64,000 bases of DNA from positions 32,001 to 96,000 of the forward strand of contig JBGARZ010000014.1 of assembly GCA_044229975.1 (NCBI GenBank). Direction: 5' to 3'. The DNA is from Polyangiales bacterium (GTDB lineage Bacteria; Myxococcota_A; Polyangia; Polyangiales; Ga0077539). The position numbers and the translations under genes were made by a program. The notes below the pieces were generated by a model, which was not told the origin of the DNA, did no database searches, and worked only from the letters and a program-made list of their open reading frames with translations. This document shows, in pieces, positions 40,368 to 49,808 of the stretch (position 1 is the stretch's first letter; every line of letters begins with the position of its first letter).

Positions 40368-40445
40368 GTGCCCTCACTACCCATCGTCGCTGGAGTTCCC
40401 GCCGGTTCGCTCCGCCAGCGACCGCGCGATACTACTGTCCGACCC

Positions 40446-41570
40446 ATGACTGTCAAACACACCCGCGGGCTTCTCCTCCTCGCGTTGGCGCTCGTCGCCT
40501 GTCGTCCTCGCCCCGCCGTCGCTCCCGCTGACGCGGCTGTCAGTCCGAGGGTCGTGCCCTTCACCCGCGCGGCGTATCCAGCCGTCGACGTGCACACGCA
40601 CTTCGACCCCGAGGCCACCGCGCGCGAGCTCGCGCTCATGGACGCGCAGAACATCCGCTACGCCATCAACCTCTCCGCGGGCTGGCAGGGCCACGGGCTC
40701 ACCGAGGCGCTCGCCCAGGAGCGCGAGTCCCACGGTCGCATCATCCCCTTCTGCATGATCGACTGGCGCGGCGTCGGCCGCCCGGACTGGGTCGCGTCGT
40801 CCATCGCCATCCTCGAGCAGTGCGCCGCGGCGGGCGTGCGCGGGTGGAAGATCCCGAAGGTGCTCGGCCTCGGCGCGGGCAACGCGCGCGGCGAGCGACT
40901 GCGCGTCGACGACCCGCTGCTCGACCCGATCTTCGAGCGGGCGGCCGCGCTGCACCTCGTGGTGCTCATCCACTCCGGGGACCCGCGCGCCTTCTTCGAG
41001 CCCATGAGCCCCGCCAACGAGCGCTGGGACGAGCTGCGCGTGCACCCCTCGTGGAGCTTCGCCGACCCGCGCTACCCGCGGTGGACGGAGATCCTCGGGG
41101 AGTTCGAGACGCGCGTGCTGCGCCACCCGACGCTGCGCTTCATCGGCGCGCACTTCGGCAACGCGGCCGAAGACCCCGACCGCGTGGAGTCGCTGTTGGT
41201 ACGCGCGCCCAACTACTACATCGACACGTCCGCGCGTGTGCCGGAGTTCGGGCGGCACGACCCGGCGCGCATGCGAGCGTTCTTCCTGCGCTGGCAAGAT
41301 CGGGTGCTCTTCGGAACCGACCTCGGCATGGGCACCGACCCCAATGACCTCATGCTCGGCTCCACCGGCGAGAACCCCCCCACACCCGAAGAAATCACCC
41401 GCTTCTGGCGCTCGACCTGGCGCTACTTCGAGTCCAACGACCGCAACTTCGAGCACCCGACGCCCATCCAGGGGCGGTGGACCATCTCGGGCGTGGGGCT
41501 ACCGTCCGCGGTGCTCCGCAAGATCTACGGCGGCAACGCGGCGCGCCTGCTGGGACTGCCCTGGAGCTGA
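40446..41570 (+). CDS. Amidohydrolase_2 family lipoprotein
   Basis: LVAC lipobox, VDVHTH, LIHSGDP, IGAHFGN, YIDTSAR, DRVLFGTD, KIYGGNAARLL. Confidence 0.9.
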   Translation: MTVKHTRGLLLLALALVACRPRPAVAPADAAVSPRVVPFTRAAYPAVDVHTHFDPEATARELALMDAQNIRYAINLSAGWQGHGLTEALAQERESHGRIIPFCMIDWRGVGRPDWVASSIAILEQCAAAGVRGWKIPKVLGLGAGNARGERLRVDDPLLDPIFERAAALHLVVLIHSGDPRAFFEPMSPANERWDELRVHPSWSFADPRYPRWTEILGEFETRVLRHPTLRFIGAHFGNAAEDPDRVESLLVRAPNYYIDTSARVPEFGRHDPARMRAFFLRWQDRVLFGTDLGMGTDPNDLMLGSTGENPPTPEEITRFWRSTWRYFESNDRNFEHPTPIQGRWTISGVGLPSAVLRKIYGGNAARLLGLPWS

Positions 41571-41574
41571 CGGG

Positions 41575-42903
<1,329 letters not shown>

Positions 42904-43524
42904 TCAGACGTCGGGGTCGCCCGCGTCGTCGCCCGCGTCCTTGGTCCCGGTGTCTTCGGGTCCCGTGTCTTCGGGTCCCGTGTCTTCGGGTCCCGTGTCC
43001 GCCGGTCCGGTGTCGGGGAAGCCTGCGTCGGGTGTGCCCACATCCGGGAAGCCAACGTCCGGCGTGCCCACGTCGGGGAAGCCTGCGTCAGGCGTTCCCA
43101 CATCCGGGAAGCCGACGTCCGGCGTGCCCACGTCGGGGAAGCCCGCGTCGGGATGCCCGGTGTCGGGTGTGCCCGTGTCCATCGTCCCCGTGTCGGGCGC
43201 ACCCGCGTCGACCACGTCCATGCCCACCACGTCGGGTGCGCCCGCGTCGACCACGTCCGGCGCGCCCGCGTCGACGACGTCCATGCCCACCACATCCGGT
43301 GCGCCCGTATCCGGCGTGCCCGTGTCGACCGAGCCCGCGTCGGGGCGATCGCTGCCGACATCCGCCGGGACGTCCGTGCCCGTGTCGTCGGGCACATCGA
43401 TGACCGCCGCGTCGGTGCCGCCGTCGAGTCGGGTCTCGTCGAAGCTCGCGATGAGCTGGCAGCCCGCCGCAAACACCACCCCGGCCAGGCCCACTACCAG
43501 TGAGAATCGTCGTCGCAGGTCCAC
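42904..43524 (-). CDS. Acidic low-complexity lipoprotein built from PD(A/V/T)G(F/T) pentapeptide repeats
   Basis: AAGC lipobox followed by about 25 D-x-G-x-P units. Confidence 0.72.
   Translation of the reverse strand: MDLRRRFSLVVGLAGVVFAAGCQLIASFDETRLDGGTDAAVIDVPDDTGTDVPADVGSDRPDAGSVDTGTPDTGAPDVVGMDVVDAGAPDVVDAGAPDVVGMDVVDAGAPDTGTMDTGTPDTGHPDAGFPDVGTPDVGFPDVGTPDAGFPDVGTPDVGFPDVGTPDAGFPDTGPADTGPEDTGPEDTGPEDTGTKDAGDDAGDPDV
42940..43200. repeat. 15-bp-unit tandem repeat within the acidic lipoprotein gene
   Basis: GTGTCTTCGGGTCCC units at ~42949-42995, then alternating GGGAAGCC../GTGCCCAC.. 15-mers with 30/60-bp super-periodicity. Confidence 0.8.
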
Positions 43525-43534
43525 AGCGCCTCCG

Positions 43535-44539
43535 TCAGAACGTCACGCGGACGCCGTTGCCTGCGAGCTGCACCCGCGGGCCGCTTGTCGCCTGCGCGGG
43601 CGGTGTCGAGTCTCCGCCGCGACCGGCGAAGTACACCACCACCGCCACACCCGCAGACAAGATCGACACCCCGAAGCCCACGTCCGACAGCAACGCGTTG
43701 CGCTGCCCGCGATCGAGCGTCTCCTGCGACGGCGTCGCTTCGTAGTCGTTGGCGTCGGACAGCGCCATCACGCCGAAGACCGTCCCCGCCACCGCAGCGG
43801 CCCCCGCCACGGCCGTCGCCACCCAGACCGCGGGGCTCACCCGACGGCCCGGCGTGGTCACCGGCGGCGTCACCGCCGACGCTCCGCCCGCCTCGCGCTC
43901 CAACGTCACGTCGACCGAAGCGGGTGCGCCGGGGGCCGTGTCGATCTCGCGCTCGGTCGCGCGGTAGCCCGTGAGCGTCGCGCTGATGCGGTGGTGTCCC
44001 GGCGCGACGTCGACCGCCGATGGCGTGCGCTGCGGTCGCCCTTCGCCGTCGACGGTGATCTGCGCGCCGTCGGGCGTGCTGGTCACGCTCACCCGCGCGG
44101 GCCGTTGCTGGAGCGTCGCGAGCCGCGCTTCGAGCTGAGCGTGGTCGGGAGCAGTGGGCAGCTCGCGGAGGTACCGCTCCAGCGCCGCGATGGCCTGCGG
44201 AACATTCCCCAGCCGCTCGTGACACTCCGCGATGGGCTTGAGCACCACCGGGTTGGAGCGCATCGCAAACGCCCGCTCGAACGACGCGAGCGCCTCGGCG
44301 TACCGACCGGCGTTGAAGTGCTCGGTGCCTTCCGTGTAAGCGCGCCGCGCGTCGGCCAGCGTCGGGTCGACCAACGCCTCCTGCGCCGCGGGTTGCGCCG
44401 CAGCGGCCGGTGTCGCGGCGGGGGGCGTCTGCCGGGCGGGCTGGGCCCGTCGCGGCTGCGCGCCTGCGAGGGAGGGCGCACCCATCGCCGCCATCACGCC
44501 AGGGAGCATCCAGATCCATCGCGCGCGTCGGGTCGACAT
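43535..44539 (-). CDS. Secreted TPR + PEGA domain protein
   Basis: Signal peptide, TPR (ARRAYTEG..F..GRYAEALASFERA), PEGA (VTSTPDGAQITVDG..TP..PGHHRISATLTGY) and a C-terminal hydrophobic hairpin. Confidence 0.88.
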   Translation of the reverse strand: MSTRRARWIWMLPGVMAAMGAPSLAGAQPRRAQPARQTPPAATPAAAAQPAAQEALVDPTLADARRAYTEGTEHFNAGRYAEALASFERAFAMRSNPVVLKPIAECHERLGNVPQAIAALERYLRELPTAPDHAQLEARLATLQQRPARVSVTSTPDGAQITVDGEGRPQRTPSAVDVAPGHHRISATLTGYRATEREIDTAPGAPASVDVTLEREAGGASAVTPPVTTPGRRVSPAVWVATAVAGAAAVAGTVFGVMALSDANDYEATPSQETLDRGQRNALLSDVGFGVSILSAGVAVVVYFAGRGGDSTPPAQATSGPRVQLAGNGVRVTF

Positions 44540-44573
44540 CGGCGACGACCCTACCTCAGCAACCGAGCGCGAT

Positions 44574-46433
44574 TCAACGGTTCGACGTCTGTGCACTGAC
44601 GAGTGCGTCGAGATCGTGGGCGTCGGCGCGCAGCGCGGTGTCGAGGGAGTCGATGGACTCCAGCGCCACGCTCAGCTCGCGGATGAGCGCGTCGAGCTCC
44701 ACGGCGAGCGCCTGCTCCTCGTGGGTGAGCTGCGACTCGATGGCGTGGAGCTTCGCCTCCAGGGCCTCGCACGCCGCCACCTGCTCGCGGAAGGTCTCCT
44801 CGCAGGCCGCCAGCTCCCACAAGATCGCGTCGGAGGCACCGAGGCCCGCCGCCCCGCGGCCCTTGGTGCGCTGGATCTCCTCGCGTCGTCGCAGGAGGGT
44901 CGTGCGCCGCTCGGCCGACTCGTCGCGCTCGCGGCTGTGCTGCGTCAGCGTCGCCGCCAGGGCGTCGACGGCGTTGCCGTGGTCGATGCGCAGCTCGCGT
45001 CCGCGCGCCTCGACGCCGAGCGCTCTCACCCGGTCGATTTCGAGCTGGGTCACGGCGACCTCCATGGCCGTCACGCGCACGGTCATGGCTCCGAGCCGGG
45101 TCTTCACGCTCGCCGGAGGATCGCCCCAGAACACCCCCTCCAGCCGCGTCGTGACGGAGTCGATAAAGGCTCGCCACGCCCGCGGTCGCTCCACCGGGTC
45201 GACCCGCTCGGGGGCCGACACGTCGAGCACGCCGCCGATGCCCGCTCCGCCGCGGCGGATGTTGAGCAGGTCGGTGGGTGAGCTCTCGCGCGCCCGGTTG
45301 GGCATCGTCGGGGTCTCTTCCACTGGTGCCAGTGAGCTGCGGACCCGCGTGGGCCCCTCGTCGATGAAGTCCAGGTCGAGGCCCTGCACCTCGATGGGCG
45401 GCGTCCACCCCATCACCGCGGCGGGCTGGGTGCGGGGCGGTAGCGTGTCCATCACCGGGTCGTCGGCGAGCTCGCGTCGAAGCGCGTCGATGTGCTCGAT
45501 GAGGCTGTGGGCGTTTTCGAAGCGCCGCTCGGGCTGCTTCTCCAGGCAGCGCAGCACGAAGCGCTCGACCGCCTCGGGGATGGACGGCACCCGCTTCCGC
45601 GGCGGGACGGGCGCCTCCATGACGTGCTTGAGCATCAGCTCGCCGAGGTGCTCGACGTCGAAGGGCAGCGCCCCCGTGACCATCTCGTAGAGAACGACCC
45701 CGAGCGAGTAGAGGTCGGTGCGCGGGGTGATGGCCCCGCCGGTCGCGTACTCCGGGGCGATGTACCCGGGCGTCCCGAAGACCTTGTTGCTGAGCGTGAG
45801 GGCCGGCTGGTCGAGGAGCTTCGCGATGCCGAAGTCGAGGAGCTTCACCTGGTCGCGGCGGTCGTCGCGGGGGATGAGCAGCACGTTGTCGGGCTTGAGG
45901 TCGCGGTGGATGACCTCCATCTGGTGGGCGCGCCCGAGGCCCGAGGCGACCTGCCGCGTGATGTCGAGCGCCCGCCGCAGCGCGAGCGGGCCGCGCGCGA
46001 TGGCCGCGAGCAGGCTCTCACCGGGGACGTACTCCATCACGAGGTAGACGAGCCCCTCGGAGGTCTCGCCGTAGTCGGTGATGTCGATGACGTTCTCGTG
46101 CTGGATGCGGTTGACCGCGCGGGCCTCGCGCAGGAAGCGGTCGCGGTGCACGGGGTCGCGGGAGAGGTCGGAGCGCAGGACCTTCACCGCGGCAAGGCGG
46201 TCGATCATCAGGTGGCGCGCGAGGTAGACGCTCGACATGCCGCCGCGGCCGAGGCGCGCGATGACCCGGTAGCGGCCCGCGAGGGTGGCGCCCACGAAGG
46301 GGTCGAGCACGTCGCTGAAGAGCCAGCCATCACGGTCACAACGGAACGACCCCGCTGCGAGGAGGTCGCCGCAATTGGGACAACGTGCGCCGCGGGGTAG
46401 CCGCGGTGCGGTGGCCTCGTCGCGGGAGATCAC
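44574..46433 (-). CDS. Ser/Thr kinase with N-terminal zinc ribbon and C-terminal coiled coil
   Basis: CPNC..CDRDG, GRGGMSSVY, HRDLKPDN, DFG, GTPGYIAPE, heptad-rich tail. GTG 46433 overlaps the upstream TGA (start approximate). Confidence 0.9.
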   Translation of the reverse strand: MISRDEATAPRLPRGARCPNCGDLLAAGSFRCDRDGWLFSDVLDPFVGATLAGRYRVIARLGRGGMSSVYLARHLMIDRLAAVKVLRSDLSRDPVHRDRFLREARAVNRIQHENVIDITDYGETSEGLVYLVMEYVPGESLLAAIARGPLALRRALDITRQVASGLGRAHQMEVIHRDLKPDNVLLIPRDDRRDQVKLLDFGIAKLLDQPALTLSNKVFGTPGYIAPEYATGGAITPRTDLYSLGVVLYEMVTGALPFDVEHLGELMLKHVMEAPVPPRKRVPSIPEAVERFVLRCLEKQPERRFENAHSLIEHIDALRRELADDPVMDTLPPRTQPAAVMGWTPPIEVQGLDLDFIDEGPTRVRSSLAPVEETPTMPNRARESSPTDLLNIRRGGAGIGGVLDVSAPERVDPVERPRAWRAFIDSVTTRLEGVFWGDPPASVKTRLGAMTVRVTAMEVAVTQLEIDRVRALGVEARGRELRIDHGNAVDALAATLTQHSRERDESAERRTTLLRRREEIQRTKGRGAAGLGASDAILWELAACEETFREQVAACEALEAKLHAIESQLTHEEQALAVELDALIRELSVALESIDSLDTALRADAHDLDALVSAQTSNR

Positions 46434-47314
46434 CGCTCCATCGGGGCGTTGGGATCGGACGACCACTCGGCGAGCGAGCCGTCGTAGTTGCGCACCAGCC
46501 CGACGCCCCGCGAGGCGAGCACCACCGCGGCCATGGCACTGCGCACGCCACAGGTGCAGCAGGTGACGATCTCGCGGCTCGGGTCGAGTCCCGCATCGGC
46601 CAGCAGGCGCTGCACCTGCGAGGCCGGAACGATGCGCCCGCGGTCATCGATCAGACTGCGCCAGTCGATGTGCCGCGCGCCCGTGATGTGCCCACCGCGC
46701 GCCTCACCCGACGGCGTGGCGCCGCGAAACTCCGCGGCGCTGCGCACGTCGAGCACCTGGGTCTTGGCGGGGTCGAGGTCGGCCTTTCGCACCACGAGGT
46801 CGTCGCGCCAGCGCGCATCGAAGCGACCCACCGCGGCGCGTGCGTGGGAGGTCACCACCGGTCTGCCCGCGGACTTCCACGCGGTGAATCCGCCATCGAG
46901 CAATGCCACGTCGGGGTGTCCGAGCAGCACGAGCAGCCACGCCGCGTGCCCTTCTTCTCCCCATCCATTGGCGCTTCCGCCATAGACCAGCGCGGGGCGA
47001 CCTCCGTCGACGCCGAGGGCCGCGACCGCCTGTGCCATCACCCTCGCGTCGGACTTCAAACGCCCGCGCGAGGAGCCTTCGCCCGTGAAGGTCTGCCACG
47101 CGTACATCTGTGCGCCGGGCAGATGCCCCTGCGCGAAGGACGCGGCGTCGCGCGCGTCGAGCACGGCCGCGCCGCGCGAGAGGATCGACGCCGCGCCGCG
47201 CACGTCGACGATCTTCACCGGCATGCGGACCGGTGGCACACCCGCGCCCCCTGCCACACCCGAGAACAACGTCAACGCCACAAACGTGAGCGGTGCGAGC
47301 CATCGCAGGAGCAT
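46430..47314 (-). CDS. Exported tandem-domain rhodanese/sulfurtransferase
   Basis: Signal peptide, LDAR..F..GHLPGA, LLDGGFTAW, LDVRSAAEFRG..RGGHITGA, active loop TCCTCGVRS, YDGSLAEWS. Confidence 0.9.
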   Translation of the reverse strand: MLLRWLAPLTFVALTLFSGVAGGAGVPPVRMPVKIVDVRGAASILSRGAAVLDARDAASFAQGHLPGAQMYAWQTFTGEGSSRGRLKSDARVMAQAVAALGVDGGRPALVYGGSANGWGEEGHAAWLLVLLGHPDVALLDGGFTAWKSAGRPVVTSHARAAVGRFDARWRDDLVVRKADLDPAKTQVLDVRSAAEFRGATPSGEARGGHITGARHIDWRSLIDDRGRIVPASQVQRLLADAGLDPSREIVTCCTCGVRSAMAAVVLASRGVGLVRNYDGSLAEWSSDPNAPMER

Positions 47315-47367
47315 TGGTCGACTCTCGACCAGCGCCGTGGGGCCGTCAATCACGCGGCGGGGAAATT

Positions 47368-48138
47368 TCAGCCGATGTCGGGAGGTTGTGCCGACACTGT
47401 GCCGGTCGAGTGAGACGCCTGGTCGATGCCTGCGACCGGGTAAGGCTCATTCGCGTCGACTGTGCCCGGCTGTGCCTCATCGCCTTCGGGAGCGACCATG
47501 GCGCGGATACGTTGCAGAAGCTCTTCGCGGCCGAGGCCGGTCTCGCCCGACACCGCGAGCACGGGCACGCCGAGGGCGCGGTGTGCGGCGGCGACGGCGG
47601 AGTGGGCCTCGGCGCGCGACAGCTTGTCGATCTTGGTGAGCACCACGATGGGGTGGCGGTTGATGAACTTGAGCCAGTCGAGGAGCTGGAGGTCATCGGG
47701 CTGCGGCCCGCGTCGCACGTCGATGAGGACGATGACGGCGCGGAGCGAGGCGCGGCGGGCGACGTAGTCCTCCAGGTGGCGACCCCAGGCGGCGCGCTCG
47801 GTCTTGGAGCGGTCGGCGAAGCCGTAGCCGGGGAGGTCGGCGATGTGGAGCGAGGTGCCGTCGCGCAGGTGCAGCTCGAAGAGCACCACGCCGCGGGTGC
47901 AGCCGGGGGTCTTGGAGGTGCGGGCGAGCGAGCGGCGCTGGGCGAGGCGGTTGAGCAGCGTGGACTTGCCCACGTTGCTGCGCCCCGCGAAGGCCACCTC
48001 GGGCTGCGTGGGCGATGGGAGCGCGTGCCCGGGTCGTGCCTCGGCGAGGTACGCGGCCTCAAGGCAGTCTAGCGGCCCCGGACCTTCCTTCGGACGATCG
48101 CGATGACCCGGGCGGTTTCCTCGATTCGGAGCAGCCAT
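47368..48138 (-). CDS. engB: Ribosome biogenesis GTPase EngB/YihA
   Basis: EVAFAGRSNVGKSTLLN, LARTSKTPGCT, DLPGYGFA, LIDVRR, LTKIDKL. Start is uncertain because it overlaps the murJ 3' end. Confidence 0.92.
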   Translation of the reverse strand: MAAPNRGNRPGHRDRPKEGPGPLDCLEAAYLAEARPGHALPSPTQPEVAFAGRSNVGKSTLLNRLAQRRSLARTSKTPGCTRGVVLFELHLRDGTSLHIADLPGYGFADRSKTERAAWGRHLEDYVARRASLRAVIVLIDVRRGPQPDDLQLLDWLKFINRHPIVVLTKIDKLSRAEAHSAVAAAHRALGVPVLAVSGETGLGREELLQRIRAMVAPEGDEAQPGTVDANEPYPVAGIDQASHSTGTVSAQPPDIG

Positions 48139-49715
48139 GCGAACAGCACATACACCGCCGCGAGCGCGGTGCCACCTGCGATCGCCGCGAAACGCGAGGC
48201 GGGTCCGGGCGCGGAGAAGTCCGCGTGGGCGACGAGGAAGCGGGCCAGCAGTCCCACCGGCACCGACGCTGCGAGGACGCGGAGGAGCGCGGAAGCAAGG
48301 GAGTTCCAGGGGATGGAGAGGTGTCGACGGACGCCGAAGGCGAGGAAGGCGAGCTGCACCAGGGTCGAGCCGGCGATGGCCGCGGCGACCCCGGCGTGAC
48401 CCATCGGGCCGCGCAGCCACAGGGCGAGGCCGATGAACGCGAACAGGTCGATGAAGGACACGAGCACGGGGAAACGTGGGTTCTGCGCGGCGGAGAAGGC
48501 GGCGGTGAACTGCCGCACGAGGGCGAGGAGCGCGACGTTGGTGGCCTGCCAGCGGAGCGAGCGGACGACCTCGGTGACGTTGTGGATGCCGCCTGAGCGG
48601 AAGCGCCCGTAGCCGTAGATGAGCGGCACGATGGCCTCGCCGTAGGTCGCGAGGATGACCGCGACGGGGATGGCGACGAAGGCCGCGAGGCGGATCATCT
48701 GGCCGAGCAGGCGCTCGCCCTCGACGCGGTCTTCGCGGGCCATGGCGCGCGAGAGTTCGGGGAGAAACGAGCCCGACACCGCGAGGATGAACACCCCCTG
48801 CGGGATGTCGGCGAGCCGCTGGGCGTAGTTGAAGTAGCTGGCCGATCCGCGCGGCAGACCCGCGAGAAAGCGGCTGGAGAGCACCACGTCGACCTGGTAG
48901 ATGGCGAGGCCGAAGACCACCGGGGCGAGGAGCGCTCCGACGCGGCGCACGCCGGGGTGCTGGAGGTCGATGATGGGGCGCTGGAGCAGGCCCGCGCGGC
49001 GCAGGGCCGGGGCGATGGCGACGAGCTGAAGCGCACCGCCGAGGAGGGCGCCGAGGGCGAGGCCGTGGACCGGCGGGAGGCCGATGCGCACGCAGAGCGG
49101 GACGAAGAGCGCGGGCGACAGCAGGAACGCGACGTTGAGCAGCGCGGGCGCGAAGGCGAGCTCGCGGAAGCGCCCGATGGTCTGGAGCGCCGCGACGCCG
49201 ACGGCGGCCGAGCCCATGAAGAAGATGTACGGAAACAGCCAGCGGAGCAGCGAGGTGGCGAGGGCGAACTGCGCCGGGTCGCCACCGAAGTCACCGGCGG
49301 TCAGGCGCAGCACGGGCCGGGCGAAGATCACCCCGAGGGCCGAGAGGGGGATGAGCACGAGGAGGCTGAGCGCGCGAACGCGGGCTACGACGGCCTGGAG
49401 TTCGGCGTGGTGGGTGGCCTCGGGGTCGGCCTCGGCCGGCGGGTCGACCGGGGTGAAGGCGCGCGGCCCGCGGGTGAGCGCCTCGGTAAACACCGGAACA
49501 AACGCTGATGACAACGCCCCCTCGGCGAGCAGCGCGCGGAGGGCGTTGGGGATGCGCCACGCGATGAAGAAGGCGTCCGTGGCGCCCAGCGAGAAGGTCG
49601 CGGCGATGAGGGTCTCGCGCACCATGCCGAGCAGCCGGGACAGCATCGTCCCCGCGGACAGGAGGAGCACGCGTCGACCGATCGTCGCGGATTCCTGTGG
49701 CTTCGCCGACGGCAT
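48069..49715 (-). CDS. murJ: Lipid II flippase MurJ (MviN)
   Basis: TMLSRLLGMVRE, TDAFFIAWRIPNALRALLAEGALSSAFVPVF, FPYIFF, APALLN, YAQRLADIPQGVF. Confidence 0.95.
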   Translation of the reverse strand: MPSAKPQESATIGRRVLLLSAGTMLSRLLGMVRETLIAATFSLGATDAFFIAWRIPNALRALLAEGALSSAFVPVFTEALTRGPRAFTPVDPPAEADPEATHHAELQAVVARVRALSLLVLIPLSALGVIFARPVLRLTAGDFGGDPAQFALATSLLRWLFPYIFFMGSAAVGVAALQTIGRFRELAFAPALLNVAFLLSPALFVPLCVRIGLPPVHGLALGALLGGALQLVAIAPALRRAGLLQRPIIDLQHPGVRRVGALLAPVVFGLAIYQVDVVLSSRFLAGLPRGSASYFNYAQRLADIPQGVFILAVSGSFLPELSRAMAREDRVEGERLLGQMIRLAAFVAIPVAVILATYGEAIVPLIYGYGRFRSGGIHNVTEVVRSLRWQATNVALLALVRQFTAAFSAAQNPRFPVLVSFIDLFAFIGLALWLRGPMGHAGVAAAIAGSTLVQLAFLAFGVRRHLSIPWNSLASALLRVLAASVPVGLLARFLVAHADFSAPGPASRFAAIAGGTALAAVYVLFAWLLRIEETARVIAIVRRKVRGR

Positions 49716-49808
49716 CGGCGCGGCGAGTAACACCCGTCGAGACGCGCTCGCAACCTTCGCGCGCGGCGCTTCGGGCCCGATGGTCGACGTGGTAAGCGTC
49801 GGTGGTCC

